From Negativicutes bacterium (GTDB taxonomy: Bacteria > Bacillota > JAAYKD01): a stretch of 64,000 nt of DNA. The position numbers and the translations under genes were made by a program. Position 1 is the stretch's first letter. Each line of letters opens with the position of its first letter. This document shows positions 37,540-50,294 of this stretch, one piece after another. The notes under the pieces were generated by a model that worked only from the letters and a program-made list of their open reading frames with translations, was not told the origin of the DNA and made no database searches. The stretch lies in assembly GCA_021372785.1 (NCBI GenBank), contig JAJFTT010000004.1:19891-83890 (forward strand), written 5' to 3'.

Positions 37540-40134
37540 ATGATGTCCAGCCAAATTGCGATGATTCTTGACGGCAACAGTATGGCCAACCGTGCTTTTT
37601 ATGCTTTGCCGCTCTTAAGCAACCACCAGGGAATCTATACCAATGCCGTTTATGGTTTTGCCATGATGCTGCAAAAGCTAGAGCAGGAGTATCAGCCTGA
37701 TTATCTGCTGGTTGCCTTTGACCGCCATGAGCCTACCTTCCGCCATCTGGAATATGCCGACTACAAAGCTACCCGCCAAAAATCACCGCCGGAGCTGATC
37801 GGTCAGCTTTCCCTGCTGCACGATTTACTGGATGCCTGGCAAATTGCCTGGCTGGAGAAAGCTGGTTTTGAAGCGGACGATTTGCTGGGCTGCCTTTCCT
37901 GTCGCTTCCAGGCAGCCGGGATCAGGACGCTGCTGGTTACCGGTGATCGGGATGTTTATCAGCTGATCACAGCGGATACCTCGGTCTTATATACGCAGAA
38001 ACGCGGCGTCAGTGATTTACAGATCGTCGATGCGGCAACGATTGAGCAGCAATATGGTCTAAAACCTCAGCAGCTGATCGATGTCAAGGCACTGATGGGG
38101 GACGCCTCCGACAATATTCCCGGTGTTCCTGCCATCGGTGAAAAAACAGCGCTGCGCTTAATACAAACCTATGGCAGCCTGACCGCTGTGCTCGAGCATG
38201 CGGCGGAAATCAAGGAAAAAAAAGTCCGCGAAAATCTGCTGCTCTATCGCGAGCAGGCGCTCTTGAGCTATCGTTTGGCGAAAATCGACTGTAACGTCCG
38301 GCTGGAGCAGCCGCTTGCAGCCTGGAAACGCCAACCTGTCAACCTTGCGGCTTTGCGCAGCTTTTTCACCAAATACGATTTGCGTTCCCTGCTGGAGAAA
38401 TTACCGCAAGCAAAAACGCAGGTCAGCTTGCCCGATCCGTCAGAACATGCGCTGCCGCTGCTCAAAGGCATGCCGGCCGACCGTGAGACGATCCTATCCC
38501 TGCTGCAAAAGCAGCAGTTCAGCGCGCTCTCGGTCCAGGAAGAACCGGGATTGCTGGCAAGTTCTGATCTGAGCTTTGCTTTCCTGACAGAGCAAGGAGA
38601 AATGTATCTTTATCATGCCGACGACGATGCTGCTCTGACCAAAATCATCGACTTATTGACAAAACAGCGTTTCACCGTCTGGGACAAAAAGCGTCTTTCT
38701 CATCTGCTGCAGCGCAGCTTCCCTCTGGCCGAAGATGCCATGCTGCAGGCTTACCTGATCAATCCGGGTCAAAAACTCAGCTTAGACTCCTTCGCTGCTG
38801 CCGTTTTTCCGGATCAGCCTTTACCGCAGAGCGATTCTTTGCCGATCACAGAGCTGCTGCAGCTGCAGCGTCTGATACCCTGGCTGAACCGGGTCTTAAG
38901 CGAACGCAGCCTGACCGCGCTGTACCGCGAAATTGAACTGCCGCTGGCCGATTTGCTTTACCGCATGGAAACCAGAGGAATCGGCGTACACATTGCCGTT
39001 CTGCAGGAGTTGAACCGCGAGTACCAAATACAAATGGATCGTCTGCAGGAACAGATCTGGCAAATGGCAGGACAACAATTTAATCTTAATTCACCCAAAC
39101 AGCTGGGTCAGGTTCTATTTGAAAAACTGGGTTTGGCGGGCGGTAAAAAAACAAAATCCGGTTTTTCCACCGACGCAGCGGCGCTGGAACTCCTGGCTGA
39201 TCAGCATGAGATCATCGCTTTGATCCTTTCCTACCGTACGCTCAGCAAGCTGCAGGGAACCTATCTGCAAGGTATGATTCCGCTGATTTCCAGCGCTGAT
39301 CAATGCCTGCATACCACCTACAACCAGGCGGTAACAGCAACCGGACGTTTGTCCAGCAGCGATCCCAATCTGCAGAACATTCCCACCCGTTCCGAAGAGG
39401 GGCGCATTATCCGCAAAGCCTTTTTCCCCACGCAAAATGGCTGGCGCCTTGTCTCCGCCGACTACTCTCAAATTGAATTGCGTATTCTGGCTCATCTTGC
39501 TCAGGATGAAGCCTTCATTGACGCCTATCGTCAGGACCAGGATATTCACCGCCGCACAGCCGCCGAAGTATTCAATATCCCCTTTGAGCAAGTCAGCTCT
39601 CTGCAGCGCAATCGAGCCAAAGCCGTCAATTTCGGAATTATCTACGGCATCTCCGATTACGGTCTGGCTACGCAGCTGCACATCAGCAGAGCCGAAGCAA
39701 AAACCTATATTGACCGCTTTTTTGAAGAATTTCCGGCTATCCGCCGCTACCAGGACCAATTGATTGCCGAAGCCAAACAGAATGGCTATGTGACTACGCT
39801 TTTCCAGCGCCGGCGCTATCTGCCGGAACTGCAGGATCGTAATTACAATTTACGCAGTTTTGGCGAACGCGCAGCCCTCAACACGCCGATTCAAGGCAGT
39901 GCAGCCGATCTGATCAAACTGGCAATGCTTCGCTTGCAACAGGCGATCGAAAAGCAAAAATTACAGGGTCATATTTTACTGCAGGTACACGACGAGCTGG
40001 TCTGTGAAACACCGCCGGAAGAAGAAGCGGTCCTGAAACGGATTATGCGGGAAACCATGGAAAATGCCATCCAGCTGATCGTTCCCATCAAAGTTGAACT
40101 CAGCAGCGGCGATAATTGGTACGATTTACACTGA
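37540..40134 (+). CDS. polA: DNA polymerase I
   Basis: 5'-3' exonuclease DGNSMANRAFYA; polymerase motifs DYSQIELR, KAVNFGIIYG and QVHDEL. Confidence 0.97.
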   Translation: MMSSQIAMILDGNSMANRAFYALPLLSNHQGIYTNAVYGFAMMLQKLEQEYQPDYLLVAFDRHEPTFRHLEYADYKATRQKSPPELIGQLSLLHDLLDAWQIAWLEKAGFEADDLLGCLSCRFQAAGIRTLLVTGDRDVYQLITADTSVLYTQKRGVSDLQIVDAATIEQQYGLKPQQLIDVKALMGDASDNIPGVPAIGEKTALRLIQTYGSLTAVLEHAAEIKEKKVRENLLLYREQALLSYRLAKIDCNVRLEQPLAAWKRQPVNLAALRSFFTKYDLRSLLEKLPQAKTQVSLPDPSEHALPLLKGMPADRETILSLLQKQQFSALSVQEEPGLLASSDLSFAFLTEQGEMYLYHADDDAALTKIIDLLTKQRFTVWDKKRLSHLLQRSFPLAEDAMLQAYLINPGQKLSLDSFAAAVFPDQPLPQSDSLPITELLQLQRLIPWLNRVLSERSLTALYREIELPLADLLYRMETRGIGVHIAVLQELNREYQIQMDRLQEQIWQMAGQQFNLNSPKQLGQVLFEKLGLAGGKKTKSGFSTDAAALELLADQHEIIALILSYRTLSKLQGTYLQGMIPLISSADQCLHTTYNQAVTATGRLSSSDPNLQNIPTRSEEGRIIRKAFFPTQNGWRLVSADYSQIELRILAHLAQDEAFIDAYRQDQDIHRRTAAEVFNIPFEQVSSLQRNRAKAVNFGIIYGISDYGLATQLHISRAEAKTYIDRFFEEFPAIRRYQDQLIAEAKQNGYVTTLFQRRRYLPELQDRNYNLRSFGERAALNTPIQGSAADLIKLAMLRLQQAIEKQKLQGHILLQVHDELVCETPPEEEAVLKRIMRETMENAIQLIVPIKVELSSGDNWYDLH

Positions 40135-40250
40135 AAATCAGAAAAGACCGCTTCCCGCACTGCAGCTCTCCGATAACAGAGACTGACAGACAGGGTAACG
40201 GTCTTTTCAACACAGCGAAAAACGGATCGGACGGCGGCAAGCTGATCAGA

Positions 40251-40991
40251 CTAGAATTCTAGCGTTTGCCCGCAGTAGGCGAGCGCTGCCGGACCATGAT
40301 ACCGACTTTTCGCCTCGAGCAAGAGCTGATCATTGTTATTCAGCGGTGGCAAATGCGTCAGCAGAAGACGTTTTGCGCCTGCTTCGGCAGCCAGATTGCC
40401 GGCCTGAACCGCGGTCATATGCAGATTTTCGGCGTAGGCCAAGTCGGCATGCGCAAAGTTTGATTCGCATAAGAGCAGATCCGCCTGAGTCGCTGCGGCC
40501 TGTAAGTGCGGACCATAAGCGCCATCGGCTGTATAAAAGATTGACTTGTTTTCCGCACTGATCCGGAAACCATAACATTCCAGCGGATGCACCGTACGCA
40601 CCGGAGTAAGCGTGAAAGCGCCTACTTGAAACGCTTCTCCCGGCTGATAAGCCATCCCTTGCGTCACACTGCCGCTGCGATAGGTCAGACTCTGGAATTC
40701 CGCTGCGTTGGCATGGCCGAAAATCGGTAAGGGTTTGATTTCCGCCTCCCGCAGACCCAGAACATAGTAAGCCTGAGCCAGCACCATCAAGTCACAGCAA
40801 TGATCCGCGTGATAGTGTGAAATCACTACGCCATCCAGTTCGCTGAGACTGCAGAGTTCCAGCAGTCTGCTCAGGACGCCGCTGCCGCAATCCAGGAGCA
40901 TTTTAGAGCCATTGCTTTCAATCAGATAACCGGAGGAAGCTCCGCCGGCTTTGGGGAAGCCTCCCCACATACCAATCACAGTCAGTTTCAA
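40251..40991 (-). CDS. MBL-fold metallohydrolase (YhfI/RNase Z-like)
   Basis: SSGYL, LLDCGSG, SHYHADH, YTADG and LLTH motifs; TTG start at 40991 after AAGGAGG. Confidence 0.85.
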   Translation of the reverse strand: MKLTVIGMWGGFPKAGGASSGYLIESNGSKMLLDCGSGVLSRLLELCSLSELDGVVISHYHADHCCDLMVLAQAYYVLGLREAEIKPLPIFGHANAAEFQSLTYRSGSVTQGMAYQPGEAFQVGAFTLTPVRTVHPLECYGFRISAENKSIFYTADGAYGPHLQAAATQADLLLCESNFAHADLAYAENLHMTAVQAGNLAAEAGAKRLLLTHLPPLNNNDQLLLEAKSRYHGPAALAYCGQTLEF

Positions 40992-41087
40992 AAAAAACGC
41001 CTCCTTGCTATGGCTGCTTGCTGCATGCTGTGTGTGCGGTTTTTTTGTCGGGACAGACAAAAAGAGAACCGTTCGCCCGCAGCGGAT

Positions 41088-41342
41088 TTAAACCAGTTCC
41101 GTCACGATCTCCCCATCCACTAAAAAAACTTTTTCATATTCTATGGAATTTTCACGGCAAAGCCGGCGGACCTGCTCCAGAATTTCCGGTGCAAACTTTG
41201 CCGCCAAACCACAGGATGCACTGATGCTTCTGGGAACCGGAATCAGGTTAACCTTGCTGCCTGCTATCTGCATCGCTTGTTCAAACCGCATGGCGAAATG
41301 GACATTCTGAAAAGTAAAACAACAAAACGGTGGCTGCGGCAC
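41088..41342 (-). CDS. DUF3343 small protein
   Basis: TFQNVHFAMRFE...LIPVPRSISASCGLA pattern. Confidence 0.8.
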   Translation of the reverse strand: MPQPPFCCFTFQNVHFAMRFEQAMQIAGSKVNLIPVPRSISASCGLAAKFAPEILEQVRRLCRENSIEYEKVFLVDGEIVTELV

Positions 41343-41418
41343 AATGAGATCTCCCCTTTCTCTTTTTAATTAGCGATTACCCGGACCATTTCCTGCTGCA
41401 GGCAAAGTAGTTTTTGCG

Positions 41419-41433
41419 ATCAATTCTATTGAT
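41419..41433. promoter_or_regulatory. LysR-type operator (T-N11-A palindrome)
   Basis: ATCAAT-TCT-ATTGAT perfect dyad in the divergent region before a LysR remnant. Confidence 0.55.
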
Positions 41434-41508
41434 ATTTTGATCCATGTGCAATAAAATAGAAAGATAACCGGCGGGCAGAATCCGCTTGACTTTGCCGTGC
41501 TGATTTGA

Positions 41509-41850
41509 AATACGAAAGGGAAATCAAAAATCATCATCATTTCTCATTGCCGCACAATTTGCCGCTCCGGGCGGAAAATTCCCTTCTCTAAAATCCACAC
41601 CGCAGCAGAAATTAACAGCGGTGAAGGGGTGCAACAGTGTATACGCAACGGTTTGGGTGTCTCCGTCATTTCCAGATTGAGTTATGAACCGCATGAGGAT
41701 CTGCTGACTTTCGATCTGACGGACGACGATTTACAGCGCAGTTTTTATCTGATTCCCACTCAAAATCAATATCTATCCCCCTATGCGGCGAAACTGATCC
41801 GTTATGTGCAAGACAATCCCTTAGCGATGCCAAAGAAAAAAGTACAGTGA
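41509..41850 (+). pseudogene. LysR-family regulator C-terminal stump (no HTH, no ATG start)
   Basis: EINSGEGVQQCIRNGLGVSVISRLS...LQRSFYLI...LSPYAAKLI matches the end of a LysR substrate-binding domain; the frame is closed upstream by TGA at 41506. Confidence 0.7.
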
Positions 41851-41865
41851 ACAGAGGTTACTCTT

Positions 41866-43029
41866 ATGAAAGAAGTCTATCTTGATTATGCGGCAACTTC
41901 CTATCGGAAACCGCAGGCTGTGATCGATGCCATGAGCGATTATTGGCAAAAAAACCAAATGTATAGCCCCGGTCGGGGTGGTTATGCCGGCGCCCTGGAA
42001 GCCAACCGCCTCTTACTGCGGGCGCGCTCTTTGATTGCCCAATTGTTTCAGGTTCCTAATTCCGAGCAGGTCATCTTTACCAGCGGAATTACAGAAGCTT
42101 TGAATGTATGCATCAAAGGCTTAGTAAGAAAAGGCGACCATGTGCTGACCAGTTCGATGGAACACAATGCCGTCATCCGTCCGTTGGCGCATTTACAGCG
42201 CGATCACTTGATCACCTATACAGCGGTCCGCTGCGACCAGCAAGGCCGCCTGGATCCCGATCGTCTGGAAGCGGCCATCCAACCCAATACAACCATGCTG
42301 GTTCTGACCCACGCAGCCAACTTAACCGGTACTTTGCAGCCAATCGCGGAAGCTGCGGAAATAGCCAGGCGCCATCAGCTTGACTTTATTCTGGATACCG
42401 CTCAGACCGCAGGATTATACGACTTGGATTTTTCTGCGCTCTCTCCTGCTGCGCTGACCTTTACCGGGCATAAGAGTCTGATGGGACCGCAAGGCAGCGG
42501 TGGCTTTGTCGTCAGTCAGGAAGCAGCCATCCGCATGAATTCCCTGATTCAAGGCGGGACCGGCAGCCGTTCGCATGAACTCTATCAACCCGATTTTTTA
42601 CCGGACCGCTTTGAAGCCGGTACTTTCAATATGCCGGGCATCGTCGGTTTAGCGGCGGCTGCCGAGTGGGTTTTACAGCAAACCCCGAAGGCTCTGCTGC
42701 GGCAGGAAACGGACTTGTTTGCTTTCTTTCTGGATGGACTGCGCCGGATTCCGGAGCTGCAGATTTACGGTCCCGCCGATGCCGCTCTGCAAACACCGAC
42801 GGTATCTGTCACCCTGAAACAACTTGACTGCGCCGCTTTCAGCTATCGTTTGGCCGAAGAGTTTGGTATCGCCACCCGGGCCGGGCTGCATTGCGCGCCA
42901 TTGGCTCATCAAACGATCGCTACTTATCCCAATGGGACAGTTCGCTTCAGCCTCGGTCATTTCACCACCAAAGAAGAGCTGCTTTACACGCTGGCTGCCA
43001 TCGAGCAAATCAGCAGCCGGCAGTCATAA
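41866..43029 (+). CDS. Aminotransferase class V, cysteine desulfurase/selenocysteine lyase family
   Basis: YLDYAATS, MEHNAV, FTGHK (PLP Lys) and RAGLHCAP motifs. Confidence 0.92.
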   Translation: MKEVYLDYAATSYRKPQAVIDAMSDYWQKNQMYSPGRGGYAGALEANRLLLRARSLIAQLFQVPNSEQVIFTSGITEALNVCIKGLVRKGDHVLTSSMEHNAVIRPLAHLQRDHLITYTAVRCDQQGRLDPDRLEAAIQPNTTMLVLTHAANLTGTLQPIAEAAEIARRHQLDFILDTAQTAGLYDLDFSALSPAALTFTGHKSLMGPQGSGGFVVSQEAAIRMNSLIQGGTGSRSHELYQPDFLPDRFEAGTFNMPGIVGLAAAAEWVLQQTPKALLRQETDLFAFFLDGLRRIPELQIYGPADAALQTPTVSVTLKQLDCAAFSYRLAEEFGIATRAGLHCAPLAHQTIATYPNGTVRFSLGHFTTKEELLYTLAAIEQISSRQS

Positions 43030-43090
43030 AAAAGCACTTGTCTGGCAGCCGGTTTTTGAAATAAAACCAAGCCAGGACAAGTGCTTTTTT
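43030..43090. terminator. Bidirectional terminator
   Basis: AAAAGCACTTGTC...GACAAGTGCTTTT inverted repeat between convergent genes. Confidence 0.7.
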
Positions 43091-43104
43091 TACTGTCTGC
43101 TTTC

Positions 43105-43542
43105 TTATTTTTCCTGCTGAAGCAATCTGCTCAAAGCAAGCACAAAAGCGCGATTTTGTACCTCACTGCGTTTCGCAGGTCCCTTCAGATGTTTGCCTGT
43201 GCTGCGGATCACTCTGGCGGTATGGCGCGCCAACAATAAAGCGTCGATATTGGCTGCGGTATATTGCTGCCCGTTTTGGTTGATGGCGATCGCGCGTTTG
43301 GCCAGGCACATCGCAGCCAGGCCGTAATCCTGGGTCACCACAAGATCTCCCGGCTGCGCCAGATTAACCAATGCGAAATCCACACTGTCGGCACCTTTAT
43401 CATAAGTCAGCGTCGCTGCCCCCGGTCTTTCAAAAAAATGAGAGGTGTCACAGAGGATCAGGCAGGTCAAGCCATACTGATTCGCCAGCGCAATGGTTTC
43501 ATCTACCACCGGGCAGCCGTCCGCATCGATCAGCACTCTCAT
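43105..43542 (-). CDS. YaiI/YqxD family protein (UPF0178)
   Basis: LIDADGCPV, GADSVD and VVTQDYGLA motifs. Confidence 0.92.
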   Translation of the reverse strand: MRVLIDADGCPVVDETIALANQYGLTCLILCDTSHFFERPGAATLTYDKGADSVDFALVNLAQPGDLVVTQDYGLAAMCLAKRAIAINQNGQQYTAANIDALLLARHTARVIRSTGKHLKGPAKRSEVQNRAFVLALSRLLQQEK

Positions 43543-43586
43543 TTTATAACCCTTTCGCGGCGGGCAGCTGCTGCCGCTTGCGCGAT

Positions 43587-44498
43587 TTATTCATCTTCCC
43601 CCAGGTACTGCAGCAAGTTCTGCCCGGTCAGCACCTGGTAAGCGGAAAGGTAGCGTTCCATAGTTCCTTTGATCACCCAATCGGGCAGTTGAGGTGCTGG
43701 CGGCTCTTTATTCCAACCGGAAGTCTCCAGCCAGTCCCGGATGAATTGCTTATCCAGGCTTTGTTGCGACCGACCCGGAACATATTCTGCCGCCAGCCAA
43801 AAACGGGAACTATCCGGAGTACAGCATTCATCAATTAAGATGACTTCATCGTGATAAATACCAAATTCAAACTTCGTATCCGCCAGGATCAAACCGTGCT
43901 GCAAGGCATAATCAGCCGCTTCCTGATAAAGTGCCAGAGACACGCTGCGCAATTTGGTCGCCAGCCGGAGACCGACCAATTCGGTCATCCGTTCAAAGCT
44001 GATATTTTCGTCATGTCCGACATTATTTTTGGCCGCGGGGGTGAAGACAGGATTGGGCAGACAATCCGATTCCACATAGCCTTGCGCCAGTTTCATTCCG
44101 CCCAAAGTGCCGTGATCACGGTATTCTTTCCAGCCGGAGCCGGACAGATAGCCGCGCACCACGCACTCAACCGGAATCACTTCCGCTTTTTTAACCAACA
44201 TCACTCGCCCGTTCAGCTCTTTCGGAAAATGGCAGGCTGGGACCGGCAGTTTGGCGACCTCGGTCGTAATCAGATGATTGGGCACGATATGGGCTAATTT
44301 CTCAAACCAAAAACGTGATAACTGGGTCAAAACCTGACCTTTATGCGCAATCCCATTGGGCAGAACCACATCAAAAGCAGAAACACGATCGGTAGCGATC
44401 AGCAGGAGCTGGTCTGCCGCTTCATAAATATCGCGGACTTTTCCCCTGGATTTCAATGGCATGCTTAAGAACCCGGTGTCAGTCAAAATAAGACTCAT
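43587..44498 (-). CDS. purC: Phosphoribosylaminoimidazole-succinocarboxamide synthase
   Basis: RGKVRDIY, ATDRVSAFD, ADTKFEFG and PDSSRFW motifs. Confidence 0.96.
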   Translation of the reverse strand: MSLILTDTGFLSMPLKSRGKVRDIYEAADQLLLIATDRVSAFDVVLPNGIAHKGQVLTQLSRFWFEKLAHIVPNHLITTEVAKLPVPACHFPKELNGRVMLVKKAEVIPVECVVRGYLSGSGWKEYRDHGTLGGMKLAQGYVESDCLPNPVFTPAAKNNVGHDENISFERMTELVGLRLATKLRSVSLALYQEAADYALQHGLILADTKFEFGIYHDEVILIDECCTPDSSRFWLAAEYVPGRSQQSLDKQFIRDWLETSGWNKEPPAPQLPDWVIKGTMERYLSAYQVLTGQNLLQYLGEDE

Positions 44499-44696
44499 AT
44501 TTTCACACTCCAGCTTTTTTTTATTTTATCTGATTATAGCACAGATTTTTTTATTTGAACAGAGTGCTGCGCAGGAATTCAAATTAGCGGTAAGCGAAAG
44601 CAAACCTTTTCTTTGCTCTCACCCGGAACGAATGAATATTCTGCAAAATATCATGTTTTCAAGTAAATTACGACTTATTTCTTTGCTATCTCACAC

Positions 44697-44750
44697 TTGA
44701 AAAATTCTGAAAAAGGATTATAATGGGATTGAAGGTCAGAGAAGGTCAAA
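44697..44750 (+). promoter_or_regulatory. clpB promoter with CtsR operator
   Basis: TTGAAA-16 bp-TATAAT (44697-44724), then the heptad direct repeat GGTCAGA-GAA-GGTCAAA (44734-44750), close to the CtsR consensus. Confidence 0.75.
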
Positions 44751-44811
44751 TATCTCTTCCCCACCCATTCCCGCCGAAGCACTCGGCAGAAACCAAAAAG
44801 GAGATCGAGCG

Positions 44812-47409
<2,598 letters not shown>

Positions 47410-47417
47410 AACACGGC

Positions 47418-47468
47418 AGAAAACCGAAGCGGATCCGGGGTATCGTCACGGATCCGCTTCGGTTTTCT
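47418..47468. terminator. Bidirectional terminator between clpB and murA
   Basis: Perfect 20-bp inverted repeat AGAAAACCGAAGCGGATCCG / CGGATCCGCTTCGGTTTTCT. Confidence 0.85.
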
Positions 47469-47526
47469 TATCCCTGCTGAGATTCGTGCGCTTTGGCCCT
47501 TTCGGCTTAAGAGGAAAATAGAATAA

Positions 47527-48783
47527 CTAGCTTTCCACTCTCTGAATGGCAGCGCCGATCCCACGCAGTTTCTCTTCCAGTTTGACATAGCCCCGGTCAA
47601 TATGATAAATCTGATGAACCCTTGTTTCACCCTCCGCAGCCATACCGGCCAGAACCAGGGCGGCGCCTGCCCGTAAATCGGTCACCTGCACCTGCGCGCC
47701 GGTTAATTGCCGAACCCCCTGCAAAAACGCCGTCCGTCCGTCGATGCGGATATTGGCACCCATCCGCATCAATTCTTCCGTATGCTGAAAACGATTTTCG
47801 AAAACAGTTTCTGTGATCAGGCTGTTCCCTTCCGCCAATGTCAACAGCGCCATCATTTGCGCCTGCATATCGGTGGGGAAACCGGGATGCGGCAGCGTAG
47901 TGACATGTGTGGGCAAGAGTTTTACCGGGCCTTGAATGCGAATCCCCTCCCGCTGATCCTGAATCAGACAGCCTACTTCCCGCAGTTTCGCCAAAACCGG
48001 CTTCATATGCTGAGAGACAGCCCCCTCCACAAAAACATCACCGCCGGTGATGGCTGCGGCGATCAGGAAAGTACCCGCTTCAATCCGGTCGGGAATCACC
48101 TCGTGCTGACAACCGTGCAGCTGTCGCACGCCTTCCACACGAATCACATCGGTACCGGCACCATGAATGTGAGCACCGCAGGAACTGAGAAAAGTCGCCA
48201 AATCACTGATTTCCGGCTCGGCAGCTGCGTTTTCAATAACTGTGCTGCCTTCTGCCAGCGTTGCAGCCATCATGATATTTTGGGTAGCGCCGACGCTGGG
48301 AAAATCCAGGTAAATCTGATTGCCTTTCAGCCGCGCCGCTTTGGCATGAACATAGCCGTTTGACAAACTGATTTCCGCCCCCAGCGCCTGCATTCCCTTC
48401 AGGTGTAAATCCACCGGACGGCTGCCGATGGCGCAGCCGCCCGGCATGGGGATTTTAGCCTGCCCAATTCTTGCCAACATCGGGCCGAGTACGACAAAAG
48501 AAGCGCGCATTTTTGATACCAATTCGTAAGGCGCTTCCCAATTACTGACAGTGGCAAAATCGATGAACATCGTATCCTCTTCCTGTTGAATTTGAGCGCC
48601 CGCTGCTTCCAGTATCTGTTTCATCATCAATACATCTTCCAGAGTGGAAGGGACACTATGGATCAGACAGGGTTCCGCCGAGAGCAAAGTAGCCGCCATG
48701 ATCGGTAAAACCGCATTTTTGGCGCCGTGAACTTTGATCTTCCCTTCAATTCTCTGCCTGCCATCTATTTTAAAGTAAGCCAT
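47527..48783 (-). CDS. murA: UDP-N-acetylglucosamine 1-carboxyvinyltransferase
   Basis: GAKNAVLP, PGGCAIGSRP (catalytic Cys) and PGFPTDMQ motifs. Confidence 0.97.
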   Translation of the reverse strand: MAYFKIDGRQRIEGKIKVHGAKNAVLPIMAATLLSAEPCLIHSVPSTLEDVLMMKQILEAAGAQIQQEEDTMFIDFATVSNWEAPYELVSKMRASFVVLGPMLARIGQAKIPMPGGCAIGSRPVDLHLKGMQALGAEISLSNGYVHAKAARLKGNQIYLDFPSVGATQNIMMAATLAEGSTVIENAAAEPEISDLATFLSSCGAHIHGAGTDVIRVEGVRQLHGCQHEVIPDRIEAGTFLIAAAITGGDVFVEGAVSQHMKPVLAKLREVGCLIQDQREGIRIQGPVKLLPTHVTTLPHPGFPTDMQAQMMALLTLAEGNSLITETVFENRFQHTEELMRMGANIRIDGRTAFLQGVRQLTGAQVQVTDLRAGAALVLAGMAAEGETRVHQIYHIDRGYVKLEEKLRGIGAAIQRVES

Positions 48784-48990
48784 TACTCCACCTCTATTTG
48801 ATTGATTCCCTCATTCGGTACTATACTTTGTCTCCGACTGCGTGCGGCAGCGCTGCGCTGCCGCAGCGAAACTTCGGTTGGCTGCCCTTTCTATTCTGTA
48901 ATCTGTTTGTAACATTACTAAAATTCGTGCCGGAAAGAGAAAACCCTTTCTTTTTCCGGCTGTCGCTGAAACTTGTAGATTCCAGCGTCT

Positions 48991-49047
48991 GCAGACAAAA
49001 ACCCTCCCTTTGTTTTTACAGGAAACACAGGGAGGGTTTTTGTCTGC
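48991..49047 (-). terminator. Terminator after wecB
   Basis: Perfect 19-bp inverted repeat GCAGACAAAAACCCTCCCT / AGGGAGGGTTTTTGTCTGC. Confidence 0.75.
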
Positions 49048-49106
49048 CTCTGGCAAAGAAAGTGATGAAGCCCGGCCCGGGCAAGTTGCGCAAATGACCG
49101 CAAAAT

Positions 49107-50294
49107 TCAAAATTGACCTGCCTCTTTACTTGATTTTGCAATAAACGCTTCCGGAGGGTCATCCCGATGACAGAACGTATAGAGAATTGCTTCCACAATT
49201 CTGCGGCAGGCCTGACCGTCTCCATACGGATTGACTGCCTTTTTCATTTTTTGATACAGCAACGGATCATCCAGCAAGGCATTCGTCTGTTCTACAATCC
49301 GGTTTTCGTTGGTCCCCACTAAAATCACCGTACCTGCCGCTATCGCTTCCGGTCGTTCTGTCACATCACGCAGCACCAGGACCGGTTTGCTCAAAGCAGG
49401 CGCTTCTTCCTGAATTCCGCCGGAATCGGTCAGGATCAGATAACTGCGCGCCATGAGGTTATGCATATCATCCACATCCAGCGGTTCCACCAGATGAACT
49501 CTTGGCAGATCCTGCAAAACAGGAAAGACAACTTCCCTGACCGCCGGGTTCCGATGCACCGGAAAACACAATTCAACATCTTCATGCGCAAGCACGATGC
49601 GGCGCAGCGCATTGGCGATTTGCCGCATCGGTTCGCCTAAATTCTCTCTTCGATGCGCTTCCACGGTAAGCAAGCGCCGCTCTTTGCCGAGTTGGTTAAG
49701 GCTTTCGACGGTAAAGTGGTAATCCTGCCGGACGGTGTAAGCCATAGCGTCGATCACGGTATTGCCTGTGACAAAGATTCTTTCTTCCGGAATGCGTTCT
49801 GTCAGCAGATTTTCACGGGCCAGAGGCGTTGGTGAAAAATGCAAATCGGCTAATCTTGCGGTCAGCTGCCGGTTCATCTCTTCCGGAAAAGGAAAATACT
49901 TATCATAAGTCCGTAAACCGGCTTCCACATGGCCAATGGGAATCTGGTGGAAATAAGCGACCAGAGCAGCGATGAAAGAGGTCAGCGTATCGCCGTGCAC
50001 CAAAACCAAATCCGGTTTTTCTGCTGCGATCACCGGTTCGAGCCCCTGCATGGCCCGGACCGCGATCCCTGTCAGGGTCTGTCTTTGCCGCATGATATTG
50101 AGATCAAAATCCGGTGTGATGGCAAATGTCTGCAGAATTTGATCCAGCATTTCCCGATGCTGCCCGGTGACACAAACCCGGGAAATAATATCCTCCCGGC
50201 ATGCTTCCAGGGCTTTGACCAACGGCGCCATTTTTACTGCTTCCGGCCTGGTACCGAAAATCGTCAGGACCTTGATTTTTGTCAATGCCTGCAT
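49107..50294 (-). CDS. wecB: UDP-N-acetylglucosamine 2-epimerase
   Basis: FGTRPEAVK, GQHREML, HVEAGLR and DSGGIQEEA motifs. Confidence 0.96.
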   Translation of the reverse strand: MQALTKIKVLTIFGTRPEAVKMAPLVKALEACREDIISRVCVTGQHREMLDQILQTFAITPDFDLNIMRQRQTLTGIAVRAMQGLEPVIAAEKPDLVLVHGDTLTSFIAALVAYFHQIPIGHVEAGLRTYDKYFPFPEEMNRQLTARLADLHFSPTPLARENLLTERIPEERIFVTGNTVIDAMAYTVRQDYHFTVESLNQLGKERRLLTVEAHRRENLGEPMRQIANALRRIVLAHEDVELCFPVHRNPAVREVVFPVLQDLPRVHLVEPLDVDDMHNLMARSYLILTDSGGIQEEAPALSKPVLVLRDVTERPEAIAAGTVILVGTNENRIVEQTNALLDDPLLYQKMKKAVNPYGDGQACRRIVEAILYTFCHRDDPPEAFIAKSSKEAGQF

